64,000 nt of DNA from Blasia pusilla (Eukaryota). Shown in pieces: positions 39,214-53,312 of the stretch. The stretch covers positions 26,102,001 through 26,166,000 of the forward strand of contig CM114271.1 in NCBI GenBank assembly GCA_050084515.1, in the 5' to 3' direction. Each line of letters starts with the position of its first letter. Positions within the stretch are counted from its first letter, which is position 1. Position numbers and translations under genes: made by a program. Below the pieces are notes generated by a model. That model ran no database searches. It was not told where the DNA came from and saw only the letters and a list, made by a program, of their open reading frames with translations.

Positions 39214-42200
39214 GCGCTCCTGTACGAACAATACTTTTCTGAAAGGGATGGACAAGAACAAGCTAGAAGAGTAGTAGAAGATGGTAGTGAATCTAGCTTG
39301 CATGCAAGAAACCGTGATGATAATCATGAACATAACCTTGACTTGCAAGATGAGGACCTCAAGGAGGTGGATGTGATATGTGGAATTCATGGCATCGAAG
39401 GGAGAGAGGATACTCATATCGGCAACACTAAAATTTTGACTCCGAGGGGCTTGGAAGAGACAAAGATGATGCTGAAATGGAACATTGGATTCGAGAGCAC
39501 GAGGAAGACCAACAACAGAGGACTTTAAGAAAAACCAATCTGCCCCACACTTCTTCTCCTAACACAACCTATGACCCTCAGATTATTGTACCAATAGGAG
39601 TTCAGAATTATTCCAACGAGTCTAGTGAACCTATGCGGGATACTCCTCCAAAATCTTTGAGCGTTGAAATGGTGGACTTAGTTGATGAGCCTAATGATAA
39701 TGATGTTCTCATACCTATCGCTCCAAACTCTCAACCCATCAATCATGTCATGGATAGTTCATACATTTCCTCCGATGATGAAACAACTGCAATAGGAACT
39801 CGTCGCCGATCCACCCGACTTCGAACTATTGAGCAACCAAATTATCGCTTACATCTTAATCCACCGGACCCAACCATAGACCCAAACTAGAAGAGTAATT
39901 AGTGAATTTAGTGAGAAAGATTAGTAGATAGTTGTAGCAAATTTTTTTGTCAAGGTTATAAAGAGGAAGGTCATTTTCATGACATTCCTTTTATAACCTT
40001 CTCACTAATAAAGCATTGATTTTTACATTGAAGGTCAAATTGGTAAGTGTAATTTTTGAATCCGTGGTCACAACTCCATTTTGCTCAAAACTTTGCAAGA
40101 GTGCTACAAAAAGACAACTTGGGAAATTTAGACATGAGGAAAATTAAAAAACCTTCTATTCATTGAAGGTTTAATGGATGGGGGCCAAAATGTACTTACC
40201 TATTTTTGAGGTTTTGGTCATAACTCCATTTTGGATGAAACTTGGCAGGACTACTAGATGCAGCTTGGAGATCATGTAGGCCAAATTTCAGCTCAAGATG
40301 TGAAAGTTGGACAAGATGAAAAATGAGAAAATCTTATTTTGATAGAAGGTCTGATGGTTCAGGTCAAAAAAAGAGTTATTACTTTGTGAGGTTTTGCTCA
40401 CAACTCCATTTTTCTTGAAATTTGGCAAGAGTGGAAAATGCACCTTGGAGACCATGTGGGTCAAATTTTGATTGAAGATGGGAAAGTGGAACAAGATGAA
40501 AAATAAAAAACCCTATTCCGATTCAAGGTTTATGGTTTGGGTCCAAAAAGGAGTTATTAATTTTTTTGAGATTTTGCTCACAACTCCATTTTTCTTGAAA
40601 CTTGGAAAGATTAGAAATGCACGTCTCCCCAAAACCGAAGAGTCCACCATCTCTTCCTCCAACGCTACATTTCTCACAATGTTTTGTGATAGAAATTCTA
40701 GAGAGATAATAATCAAATTGTTGCCTATAGGACTCGCCAATGAATGATAGGATTACGATCTTGCTTGGGCCTCGTGCATGGAACTTGTAGATCTACAAGA
40801 TGGCCTTATGTTTTTGTTCTCTCACCTTTCAAATGGAGGAACATTACTCCTACCGCCTTTGTTTGCCATCCACATATCAACAATGTCTTCAATTGCAACT
40901 TCATCGGATAAGGAAAACTCAAGTATTTGCGAATCTAAGATTCTTATTTCTTTCCATACTTAGGGGTGATAGACATGGGTGGAGAGTTGTACTAGATCCT
41001 CTCCAAGCTTTGTTGATGTCCCCAATGCAAGGAGAGACAAGAGTTGAGATTACTCAAGCTTGGATTCTTCTTCTAACACTAGAAGAAAACTACGGTTTTT
41101 ATGACTTGACTTAGAATGACTTATGTACAAAATAACTGAAAGTATAACTCTATTGGCTCAGTCATTTTATATGACTTGGAAAAGTAAATCAGTCATAACG
41201 TAGTGACTCTAATAGTATTAGGAATAACTCATTCATGTAAAAGTCATATTCCATGACTAGTTTAGTAATCTGAGTCATTTTCTCACACACGTGTATTTGA
41301 AAACATAATTTGGAGAATATTGAATAAAAAAATAAATCTGTATAATACAATAAAACGTGTCTTAGGAAAAATACTGGAAAATGACAAAAAATGAAGAAAT
41401 AAAATAAAAATAATAAAAATTAATTTATTAGTTATCCTCGGATACTCAAAGAATCCACACTATGTTGAAATTTTTCTATCATTTAATATGACAATAATAA
41501 TAATAATAATTTTTAATCTAGTCATAAATTATAATTATTAAACCTTATATAATAATAAACCATTAAATCAAAGCAAATATGAAAGCCTTTGGAGAAGAGA
41601 TCCTCAATTGAATCCAAAAGTGTTTAAAATTAAAAAATCATTCAGGAAAAAAATTGAATTTAAATTATGTTTAAAAAAAAGAGTTGTAAAATAGAAATCT
41701 CAGATATCAAACAATGAATGAAAATGAATATCATGCATACAAAAATTTAATAAAAATTAATCATAATATCCAAAAACTGATAAATTCCATATTTGGGAAA
41801 AAAAATGGTAAACATAACATAAGTAGGCCAAAAGCAATCATTGAAAAGAAAAACAAGAAACTTTTCCAAATGTGAAATTAGGGTTGTAAGCTTGGTGAAT
41901 TAGGGTTTTTAGCTTGGTGAAATTAGGGTTTTAAGCTTGGTGAATTACATGATGAGAGCCAAGATGCTCATGCATCACATTTATGAGAGCCAAGGCCATA
42001 TCTGGCTTAGTGAGGTTTTTCAAGGTGAATGCATCTCCAAGGAGGTAGTTAAAAATGGAAGATGGTGTCGAAGTACGGTATTTATAACTCCAAATTGTAA
42101 ATGGGGAAGCAAGATCGAACCGTTGAAGTGATTTGAAGGGGTGATTTTGACCCGTGCTTGCAAAGTTTTAGCTTCATTGAACAGTTGGAAAAGTTTGAAA

Positions 42201-44267
42201 GCTAGAACCAAAGAAAATATTAATACACCAACAAGAAAAGAAGAATGAAGACCACACTTCTTGGTCACCATACTTCATTTTGGAAAAACTTCTTCTATGG
42301 TCATCCATAAAGCTATAATTTATTTGAGAAGATGGAACACATTGGTGAGAGCCAGGATCATTTTTTCCCCAAGACCTTTGTAGAAGAAGAAAAAAATGTT
42401 GGATAAAAGAGGCAAAGTGAATTTTTATTTCTCTTTTTGTGCCTAACTGAGAAGATCTGAAATGTCCATCCTCTTCAAAGGGATGTTTTACGTCATCCAT
42501 TAAAGTGCTAGGGCCATCCAATAGTGGGAAGTGTAGATCCAATCGAGATGTCGACACAAATGGTTCATGTGACTTAAAAAGGCATAAGTGAAGGGTTGAT
42601 CACTCAGAACTCCTGAAATTTTTCCAAGGCATGTAAAATTAGGGTTTTAGGCTTGGTAAATTGTTTCAAGGTGAATGCATCTTCAAGGAGGGAGTTAAAA
42701 ATGGAAGATGGTGCCAAAGAACGGTATTTTGAACTCCAAACAAGCAATGGAGAAGCAAAATCGGAATCGTTGAAGTGATTTCAAAGGGAGATTTTCTTGT
42801 GCTTGCAAAGTTGTAGCTTCATCCAATGGTTGTAAAATTTTGAAACCTAGAACCAAAGGAAAATATTAACACCACCAACAAGAAAAAAAGTAGGAAGACC
42901 ATAGTTCACTAGAACAAATCATGGTTTTAATAATTGGCTCATATGACTCATTTTAGTCATATATAACCATAAATGACTGGACATGACTGGTGACTCATGG
43001 AGTCACAAAAGCCTAGTCAGGTACCACATCATGACTAGAGTCATTTAGAGATGACACATTGAGTCATTTTGTTATATGACTAACATGTCATCAAGCCATT
43101 GCACGTGTGAAACCATAGTCATATAGTATGATTGCCATGTCATCATATGACATGGCAACTACATAAAGTGAAGGAGGTATGTATGGACACGTGGTTGTGA
43201 AGTTTTATGACTAAGTCATATTCATAAATTGACTTATGTATGTGATTGAGTCATGAAGCATGACTTAGTCATATTGATCATTGTGACTTGATTAAATAAT
43301 TGGATATGATTGAGTCATACCATACAATTCAATCATATTGATCAATTTAAATTGTCAAAATTACTTGAGATTATTGAATTGAAAGATTCTACTAAGTCAT
43401 ATTGATCACCTTAATTTGTCTAAATAACTTGAGATTATTGAATCATAAGTTTATACTGAGTAATATTGATAACCTTAAGTTATCTTAATGACTGGAGATT
43501 CTTGGGGAAAAAGTTTATTCCGAGTCAAAGTGATCACTCTAGTTTGTCTAAATGACTAAATGTGGATGAGTCATGGAGTATGACCAAGTCATATTGATGA
43601 GTTTGGTATGGATAAATGACTGTATATACGAGTCATAAAATATAACCAAGTCATAATGATGAGTTTGCAATACTTAAATGACTGATTGACATTAGTCATA
43701 AAATATAAATGAGTCATATTGATGGAGTTGTTGCATTTAAAGGACTACATTTGCTTTAGCTGATTCTTGTTAATGGTGTTTTGAGCTTTAGTGTCAAAAA
43801 GAATTTTTTTCATAGTATGCTTTCATGACATGAATTTCATAAATGTTAACATAACACTAAATGTTTAGCATTTCATAAACATTGAGAAAATGCTAACATA
43901 ACACTAAAATCTCGAAAATGCATCAGTAAGCTTTTGTTTTCATAGTTTAGCCCTTTGAAAAGGTTAATCATCCCCTTCAAAATTGCTTATGAAACATCAA
44001 TCATGAAGAGAAGTTGCAATAGTAGGAACAAAACCAATAGATTAGATAGAAAGTGGAAGAAAGAAAGTGCAAGCACAATTCAGAGAGAAAGAGCAAGGAC
44101 AAACCAGATAGAAAGTGCAAGCATAAACCATTATCATTATTGTAACCAAGTGATGTAAAGAGTAAAGCACTTTCAAAATTGAATGTCCAGAAAAGAGACA
44201 CACAATAAATATCAACAATAGAAGTTGGGTTTAGAATGAACCAAGATATCTATCGTACAACTTTCTT

Positions 44268-44537
44268 CTAGTTCACTTTAGGCCAAAGCATACTACTCCC
44301 AAGAGCATCACCTAAGGTGTATTGAGGCGGCATGTCTGCCTCATTTGCTTGCCATAGTTTATGATCCAGATAAACCAACTGAAAAAACTTCAAGTCTACT
44401 CGCACCAATCTGGGGGGGATTTCACTCCCATGGAATTTCTCACGTCCACTCAAGCCTGTCACCACACCATTGCCCAAAATGGTTCTGCTGAGGTTAGGTT
44501 TGGTGAGTTGAACCTCATCTCCCACTCGAAGCTGCAA
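44268..44537 (-). pseudogene. CACTA TnpA-like C-terminal exon fragment
   Basis: GDEVQL...GVVTG...FHGSEIP...VRVDL...TLGDALGSSMLWP resembles En/Spm TnpA-associated domains; paralogous to 49089-49364. Confidence 0.6.
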
Positions 44538-45194
44538 ACAACCCCGAAAAGTGAATCATCTTAGCAAAAAAAAGCAAATAGATCATAGATTGATGATTAA
44601 ATACCAACTATTATTTACCTTGGTAAAAGACCAACCCTCGGAAGGCAGAGATCTTGAAAACTTTACATATCCCACGTGACATAGAAAGTCAATTATTGAT
44701 CATTTATAATGCAATATCAGAATACTACACATACCTACAAGTAAGGACCTGATGTTCATGGAAGATCAAAGAGTTCAAAATATATATCAAATGCTTTTTA
44801 CCTTTCCATTGTTCTTCTTGGTGCTCCCAGACTTCACATCGCTCTCTTGTTCACTACTTGCAGTTGGAAGAGTGTCGGTCCATTTTAATTTTTTCTTGAG
44901 TTGAGGGTATGACACGAAACCTTCATCCACTCAATAATAGGCATGGAGACAACATGTCTATTTTAGTCTTCACTAATTGGCATCATTCCCATGAAAATAT
45001 CCAATTTACAAAATCAATGTTTCTGCTTATACAACAAGGGCCTTAGTAATCCTTTGGTATTTCTTTGTTTGATTTTGGACCCAACTTTGTTCTCGAGTGA
45101 TGTGTAGTGACCTTGCTCCCATGTAGGGGGGAGACCTTCATGATTAAAGTATGATTCTTGGGCACATGAGGTCAATCAACACAAGGACCAAAAC

Positions 45195-45640
45195 TTGAAA
45201 GCTCATTGTGAATTGATGCCAAATGGCTTTCCAAAAACAAAGGTACATGCTTATGAGCCATGGCTTAATGATCTGAAAGTGCAAGCACTTCGTTATTTGG
45301 ACTTGTCATGCATCAAAGTTAGTAGACAAGACGTGGTAAGTATGACCATGGTAACCAACTACATGAATGAATCCTACATATATGTTGGTGCACCAATATT
45401 GGATTCTGAATTCTTAAGGAGGAAGATAGGTCAACTCTTGAAGACCGAGAGGTCTTCAATGAAGGCATATTGGATAAAGGAAGGGTCACATCGAGAAGTC
45501 CCTTGCCATCCTGAGGCCAAGGGTCTTGAATGGGAGAGGATGATAGATTATTGAATGTCTGAATCTAGGAAGTTTAAGGCGGAGCAAATGATCAAGGCTC
45601 GATCACACGTTGTGAATTTGAACTATAGCGGATGAGGAGG
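45195..45640 (+). pseudogene. CACTA TnpA-like (Ptta/En/Spm) fragment
   Basis: ERSSMKAYW...CHP...EWERMIDY followed by a stop; lies inside the CACTA element. Confidence 0.5.
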
Positions 45641-48600
45641 TTTAGAGGGGTTTGCTGTAAGCCCTTAACTCGACACCTGAATTCATATTCTAGTAAGAGG
45701 AAATGCATACATCTGAATGTGGTTGCCTATATTTTAATATCCATGTTTTTCCAATCCACCTACCAATAATTAATCTTTGCCTTGTTTGTGGAATGTGATG
45801 ACATTACCTTGTAGGGGAGGGGAATATCTTTAGATGGGGTCTCAAAAGAGGAAATGCTTGTGCCAAAGCCTATAGGCACACAATTCAGCGGGGCTTCAAG
45901 GGTAAGCACAACAAGAACCAGACAAACATCAGACCTCATTTTGTGACATGTATCTTTGACGAGCTTCCATACTTGTCAAAGATACATGACAAGTGTGGAA
46001 GCTCGTCATGTTTCTTTGACATGTATCTTTGATACATGTCAAAGATCTTGTAGAGACACTTGGAAAGTAACATTGCACCTTTGCTCCCTTCCACAAACAT
46101 CCGTCTAACTTTGGATAGTTGTGGCCGGCTAGTATATTATGAAATGGGTAGGAATTTTTAAGTTAGAGGAGCTATTTGGAGGGATGGTGAGCATGTATGT
46201 GGAGGAGCTACACAACCCGTACGAAAACCTGCCAATTTACCGAAGGTGTGCTGATGCGGAAAAGCCTAGACAAAGACCTGCTGAGTTACCAAAGGCGTGC
46301 AAACCTGGGAAGAGCATGGACTAAGTACGTGGGATTTTCTACCAAACCAAACGAAGAGGATATTACTGTCACGCCAATTTACTAGAAGTGGAGGGTCAAG
46401 TAATTGGTGGAGGTTGGATGTCAAGGTAAATTAAAAAAATATTGATCTCTATCATGTTTGTTCGTGTTGTATGTTCATTAATTGATCTTACGGTCGCCCG
46501 GGAACCATTTCTCTGCCACCACAATTAATTGATTTTGATTGGCTCTACTCTATATTTGTGATTGCTCGATCAATTTGCTAGAAAATTTGACAGGGTAGTC
46601 GCGAGGGTACTCGGTTATTACACTGAACACGAATGCTATACATAGATTCCTACTACCATCCTCTTGTGCTCTCTTGCACTCTGTGCTAGATCTTCGAGAA
46701 GACCTTGAGTGAGGAAGAAAAGCCGAATGCAATCCAAGAGTGATCGCATTCGGCTTGAAGTCCTCATATTGTCACACACACATTTCAATTTGTGGAAGAT
46801 TTAGAGTTCCGAGCAGCGCTGCATGGCTGTGGCCCTTTGCATGTTCATGTGCATATTGTGGGAGAACAACGGGATCATCATCTGTACATTGGGGTTTAAA
46901 TCTATCTTCTGATACCAACATGCCTTGAGAAGCCGTGACGAGGTGTATGTTGTAAACCTATCTTCTCATTTGTTTGGGATCATGGGAGTGCCAATATCTC
47001 AATGCTCTATTTTTTTACTGGCAAGGTCTCCGTAAGTCAAGTATTTCCTCATATTAGGCTCTTTAGACTCTGTAACCACCGGATGCAGAGTCCCCCACTC
47101 ATGACTATGGATGAAGATTTGGTGAGTTGGACATTGCTTCCGCACCCGCTTAAAGGTCGCTTGAGCTTACCTTTCATGCAGAAAAGTTGGATGCGTGCAA
47201 GAAACTCCAAATTTTCCGAGAGAAAGTCTTTAGCTCTGGGTACTCCTTCTGAGTTTGTGTGAAGTTGGCCCCTTTGCCAACTTCACAAAAACTCAAAAGT
47301 CGCATTACGTGGAGCAATATAGCCATATGAACCAGCCACAACATACATGGTCAAGTGTGGTTTCGAAGAGTTTTGCAAGTCCAAAATTGGCCACATGCGG
47401 CTCAAACTCTATCTCCAAGAGTGTGTTATTGGACTTGACATCTCAGTGTACAATATGTGGTACGCAGACGTGATGCAAGTAAGAAAAATCCATTCTAGCC
47501 CCTCTCGTGCATGGCACGCGTATCTACTAGTATCAAATATTTACAAGTAACCATCTAGAAATAACGCTTGGTTTTGTTTCTCCTCATCATATGAGCTCAT
47601 ATTATGAACTCTTAAGCCCATAGAGAAAACATGTGAGAGGAGCTCTTGTGATTAAATTCTGGCCGTTATAGAAAAATATTTTTCTTTCCGTTCTAATATT
47701 ATACACTAGTAATTTGTTGCCCATGCCTTGTACTAAGTCAGAGGGATGGAAAAGGAAAATTTCTGAAAAGACTCGTAAATGTGAAATTCTAACTATGGAA
47801 ACAATTCTTATGGTTGGTTAGTTCCAATGAAATATTTCTTGTCACAAAAGTAAAACTATAACGTTTTCTAGACTATGATATTAATATTTCCAATACTGGA
47901 AATTTGGCTAGAAATTGTTTTTAATTGGATGTGTTTGGCAAGTCAAACACTTGAATAACTTCCATGTGAAGGCTTTGAACACATGTTACAATTCAAGAGT
48001 TTACCATGCAAGGAGCTTATATAAATAATAGTATAAAAAAATTTGATTTAATATTTCTCATGAGAAAAGTTTGACTTGAAATCTCGAAGGGAAGGCGTAC
48101 TAAAAGCGACACTCCAGTCAATATTGGAGGAGATAATTTTGCAATTATCTGAGGAGGGTCAAGTTCAAAACTTAGCAGCTTCTTGCACTTGCTTTTTTAT
48201 GGCTTCTCCTTCCCACTTTGATTGGAAGTGTCTATGATGAAATCAATTTTTTATCTTGCAGGTCAAGAAAAGACATATAGTCCACGTTCATATGTTTTGG
48301 ACAAGAATAAAGGCCCATCCTTTCACTTAGCAGAAGGTTAGAACCACTTAAATGTACATCAAGTTGGTGGAAATATATGGAGTTTTGTGTGGTACCTTCT
48401 CTGCCTACATGTCTCAGCAGATCATAAGTGCTTTTCTTTTTGAGCCCTATGGAATATAATGAGACCAAACTATAATTTTTTTGAAATCCCTTTTAATTTA
48501 TAGGTACATAAAATTTGATGACTTTGCATCATGATTTTTATTTGGACCCTAAACAAGAGCAGCTGGCTAATGTAGCTACTCAAGGCGTGGAAAATTGCCA

Positions 48601-49088
48601 TTGTTATTACTCTATCACCTTCAAGCTACTGTATCCTGCCAAGATAAGTTCTGAGTTGTTTTCTTGATGTTGGCCACCCAAAATTAGATATTGAGTCATC
48701 ACCAAGAAAGAAGAAAAATTCCATGCCAACTATCGATTGCATTGGGAGTGTTAGCAGCATGACAGAGGGAGAATTAGGAGGCTCCAATTGCAACAAGAAG
48801 AAGCAAAGGGTAATAATTCACATTTTCTTTTTCAAATGAATATTTTTGTGCTAGATTTGAGTTTCTTTCTAGATTGTAGGAGTATATCAATGGAAAATAT
48901 CTCTTCATGCAAGCCAATTCTTATGTTGGAAACCCAACCACATGGGACTTTTGAATTTCTCCATAAACTTTCCAAGAGTGGGGTGGACCTTCACTGAAGT
49001 AATATATGGAAGAATGTGATTTCCGAGAGAGAAGTGATTATACAACATTCAATCCCTTTCTGACTATTGGTATTTTACTTATTTAGAG

Positions 49089-49364
49089 TTGTGTATGGGG
49101 GATGGGGTTCATCTTACTCACCCAAAGCTCAGTCGGAACATTCTGGGAACTAGAGTAGTCTCAGGTTTGAGTGGAAGGGATAAGTTTCACAAGAAGGACA
49201 TAGCTCTTGGCATGGTGAAAGTGGACCTAAAGGATACTTCCCAACATGAATTTCCATTATGGGAAGCCAATGAAAATGATGATCCTCCCCAGCGAACACT
49301 TGGAGATGCAGTTGGATCCTCGATCATTTGGCCTAAACTAAACTTAAAGAGGCTGATTCACTAG
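49089..49364 (+). pseudogene. CACTA TnpA-like C-terminal exon fragment (second paralogue)
   Basis: GDGVHLTHPKLSRNILG...GLSGRDKFH...VKVDLK...LWEANENDDPPQRTLGDAVGSSIIWPK; preceded by an AG acceptor-like site. Confidence 0.6.
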
Positions 49365-51369
49365 GTAGTATAAGTGATGCTTCTTAGGAGCCAAAGGTAG
49401 ATTAATAATAGTAAGGATAAACTAGGTGTTGGTTTTCTTGATATGAAGATTTTTCTTTATTGCTTTCTTATACATTGTGTATGGGCCATCATGCATTTTG
49501 GTGTCAAAGACTTAAAAGACAATGATCTCATGCAAGAATGATATTCAACAATCACTTGTTGACAAATTCAGAAATTTTCCAACTTCAAATTATTCACCAT
49601 TCATTCACTCTTGCATATAAATGTAGGCTTTGCAGCGCACTATTTTGCATGCATGGATTCACAGAAAATACGTGAGTCCCAGAATCTAGTAATATAAATG
49701 ACTAACTTGTGTTATGCAATGACTAGCATAGTAATGTAGACAACCAGCCGAGTTATGATAGACAACACTACAACTCTTACGTAGAACATACAATGACTAA
49801 AATTGTTTACAAGAATGACTAGGAGAGTAATTTATTATCACTATAGAATCATATGAAGTCATTTCCAGAATTGATTGAGTCATAAACTAAACAATTTACA
49901 AATGGGTAGCAACACCATATGACTACAGTTATTGATAAAAAAAAATACTCCGCCATGCGGCATTGCATGATTCGTCACAATCCATCCCAACAATAATGCG
50001 ACATCCATAACTCAAATAAATGACTCAGTCATTTCATCCACCTCCATCATTTCTATGTTGATGTGGATTTTTTTTCATTCGTTCATATGTCCATAGTCAT
50101 ATGCCACATCAACATATGACACAATCATTAAATACATGTGTCAACATGTGACAGGTGTGGTTAAACAAGGTGGAGCTCTATCATTTGTGATAAGTAATCT
50201 AGTCAACATACCATATCATGTGATGATGTGGAAAAGGTCAATATAACTAAGTTATAATCTTTACATGTCATTCAATAAGGTAGGGTCATGCCACGTCAAA
50301 TTCCTACGTGTCATATTTTATAGCCATGACATAAGTTTTATATATATGACACAAGGTCATACACCATTTCGGTCGTGAGGGGTTGGTTGAGTCATATCTA
50401 GTAAATGACTTGGTTTGTATGACTCCATCGGTAGTGAGTCAGTACGAGTCATATCTATGTAGAAATGACTAAATCCAATCATATATAAGATTCATAAAAT
50501 GCCAATTTTCTTCTAGTGTAATCTACCATATCATTCAACTCGTACAAATAATCTTGGTGATGTCAAACTACATGAGACGGAAGTTGCAATAGCACATGTA
50601 GATGCTACTAGTGTTCTTGTTGTGACTGTTTGGGAGGATGGTGACAATGAAAGTGTGACATCATAAGAAGATTATCTTAACATTTAAGGTCATCTTCTAG
50701 GTCGGTTAATTTTAAGTGGGTAAATAGGTGCATTGTTTTCATTTTTAACATATAACTATGCAAATGAAAATTTTGATATTCCCTTCGTTATAGTTTGTCG
50801 AGGAGGTCCGCTTTTATTCAAAACTAGCATAATGCCCTTGGTATGCACGGGTTGAAAATTACCCGTGAGGAGGCATCTCGTTAATTTATTCATCCTCTAA
50901 ATTTAACTCTTCTATTATGGTAATTTAGCTTTTTTGTTACACGTGTCATAAGAGGAGGACTCTTAAATTTTTTTCTTAAAGCCTAATTTGTTGTACTTGA
51001 ATGGATTTCTATTTGATACAAAACTGAATTTTTTTGAATAAAAAAATGTGCTCCGCGCAAATGCAAGTATTACTTTATAAAAAGTGAAATACTATGATGA
51101 AATATAATTATTAAGTTCTTAAAAAGTTTGCTCACCCTTCCCCACACTAACTTCTCAAGTGCTCAATAGGGGTGTCAAAGATCCGGGGTTCTTGGGCACG
51201 TGGAATTGTCCATCGGGCCCGGCTTCAAAACGAGTAGCTCCTCATCTTCTCCGGAGGTTCCAAATTCCCCGCTCCTCTTTTTCAGCTTCCAATTCCGGAA
51301 GTGGTTCGGGTTTGTCGTCAAGCATCGTTCAAGATTGAACTTTGTCAGAGGCCTCGACTCGTATACCAC

Positions 51370-51900
51370 ATATGAATAATATATCTGAAGTGGAGATTCA
51401 CTCTAATTTTTGGAAAAAGTTATCCAAAGCCACAAAGGAAGATGAAGAAATTTCATTTGCTATTCATGCCAACAAAGTATACAAGGCTCAAGGATTGGTT
51501 TTCCAGAAAGGTAAAGTATGGATCCCACCAGATCCACAATTGCGCATTGAAGTATTGTGTGAAGCTTACGACACAGTCATTACGGGTCATATGGGAGTTG
51601 AAAAAACCTTAGAGGGATTACAATGGGCATACTATTGGCCCAAAATGAGAGAAGATGTTGACCTATACGTAAGGAGTTGTAGGATTTGTCAACAAATCAA
51701 GGCTAGTAACACAAAACCAGTAGGATTGTTGCAGCCCATCCCAATACCTCAAAAACGTTCGAAACAAGTCACTATGGATCTTGTTTGTGAGCTACCATGT
51801 ACAATCACGGGATATGACTCTATTGTGGTCTTTGTGGATAGACTAAGCAAGATGATAACCTTCATCCGACCGACCAAGAAGATTGTGACTATCTATGGAG
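51370..51900 (+). mobile_element. Isolated Ty3/Gypsy (chromovirus/Tf2-type) integrase fragment, unrelated to the DNMT family
   Basis: GHMGVEKT...YYWPKMREDVDLYVRSCRICQ, GLLQPIPIP, VTMDLV, IVVFVDRLSKM; ends just before the (GA)n run. Confidence 0.88.
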
Positions 51901-51909
51901 AAAAAAAAT

Positions 51910-52016
<107 letters not shown>

Positions 52017-53312
52017 AGAGAGGAATGAGATTGTGAGGGTATACAAAAAATGAGTAAGTTTATGTAGGAGAGGATGGAAGATAATGAACTCTTCTAATTT
52101 CCTAAATCACCTACCCCCACTTACAATTGATTACTAAACCATCTCCACTAATTTTCATTTAACAAACCTCCTTTTATTCTCCTATTAGATTCCTTCTTCA
52201 CCTATCCTAACTTCTTTAACTACTCTAAATTTCCAACATACCTATTCTGCAATACAACCACCCTATTCAAATCTATTTGAATATTGTATTTCCTTTCTCC
52301 ACCACTACTATCACAAATTCTTCAATTACTGTCTTTTCTAACTAACCTACCCTCTACTACAACAACCCTACTCCAACCTCTCAATCTTTCAATCACCCAA
52401 CCCCTAGAAAAATTCATTTAATACCCCATTTCATTCACAAGGCCCACCCATAACCCCCACGCCCGCACCGCCCGTAACAAGCCCGCGCGCGGGCTTGAGG
52501 GCCCGCATGCCGCTCGCAGCCTCTATCGCAAGTGTGGCCCACACTTTGGCCCGCACCCTTCATCGGAGCCCGCATGTATTCCCACTAATGAAGCTCGCGC
52601 GCTCGATCTGGGCACTAAAAAAATTCATGCTCGCGACTGGTTTTCCATGTCGGTGGTCATGTCCAGACATGTCCGTCCCAAGGACAGACTTATCCATTTT
52701 CCTGCAACCTTGGAGCTCCCCTTTAGCTCACCACGCCCGCGATAGGCTCTCCCTTATCCCGCAAACCCGTGTGGGAGTTTGCACCAGACCCGCCCCCTAG
52801 CCAGCCAGACCTGCCCTTATCCAACCCCTAGCCCGCCCCCAGCCTACAAGCACGCACCAAGCTCGCCCCCTAGCCCGCTAGGCCCGCACTTAGCCCGCAC
52901 CAAGCTCGCCCCCAGCCCGCGTGGCCCGCCCTTAGCGCTTAGCCCGCGTCTGGCCCGCCCCCAGACCGGACTGAGGCAGCAAGCCCGCTCGCCCATGCCT
53001 GACCTGCCCCTAGCCTGCTAGGCCCACGAGGTAGCCCGCCCTCAACCTGCATTATGCCCGTGGTCTACCTTCAGCCCGCACCCTCCATCAGAGTCCAGAT
53101 CTGTTCCCGCGGGTGGAGCCTGCACGGTCGATCTGGGCACCAAAAAAACCCGGGGTGGCAACCAATTATCCATATCCCTGGACATGTCCATCCCATGAAC
53201 AGACTTGTCCGTTTCCATGCAACCTTGTTCCTTAAACAGTTCATCCCAACGTGCCTATGGCTCTATTAAATGGCAAGGAGAGCTTCAACATTGGACTAGG
53301 CGAGTGGGTGGT

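Larger units (their letters stand above)
41077..50518. mobile_element. CACTA (En/Spm) element, 9442 bp, apparently non-autonomous and composite
   Basis: 13-bp TIR CACTAGAAGAAAA at 41077 with reverse complement ending at 50518; 3-bp TSD TAA on both sides (41074-41076, 50519-50521); dense TGACT/AGTCA subterminal motifs; TnpA-like fragments inside; no TnpD recognised. Confidence 0.92.

Noticed and set aside
41876-41945. TTAGGG motifs as interstitial telomere
   Set aside because: Single hexamers inside a ~22-bp unit repeated three times within the CACTA element; not a telomeric array.
42940-43740. CRISPR-like spaced repeats (GAGTCATATTGAT)
   Set aside because: Short, degenerate, irregularly spaced, no cas genes; fits CACTA subterminal repeats.
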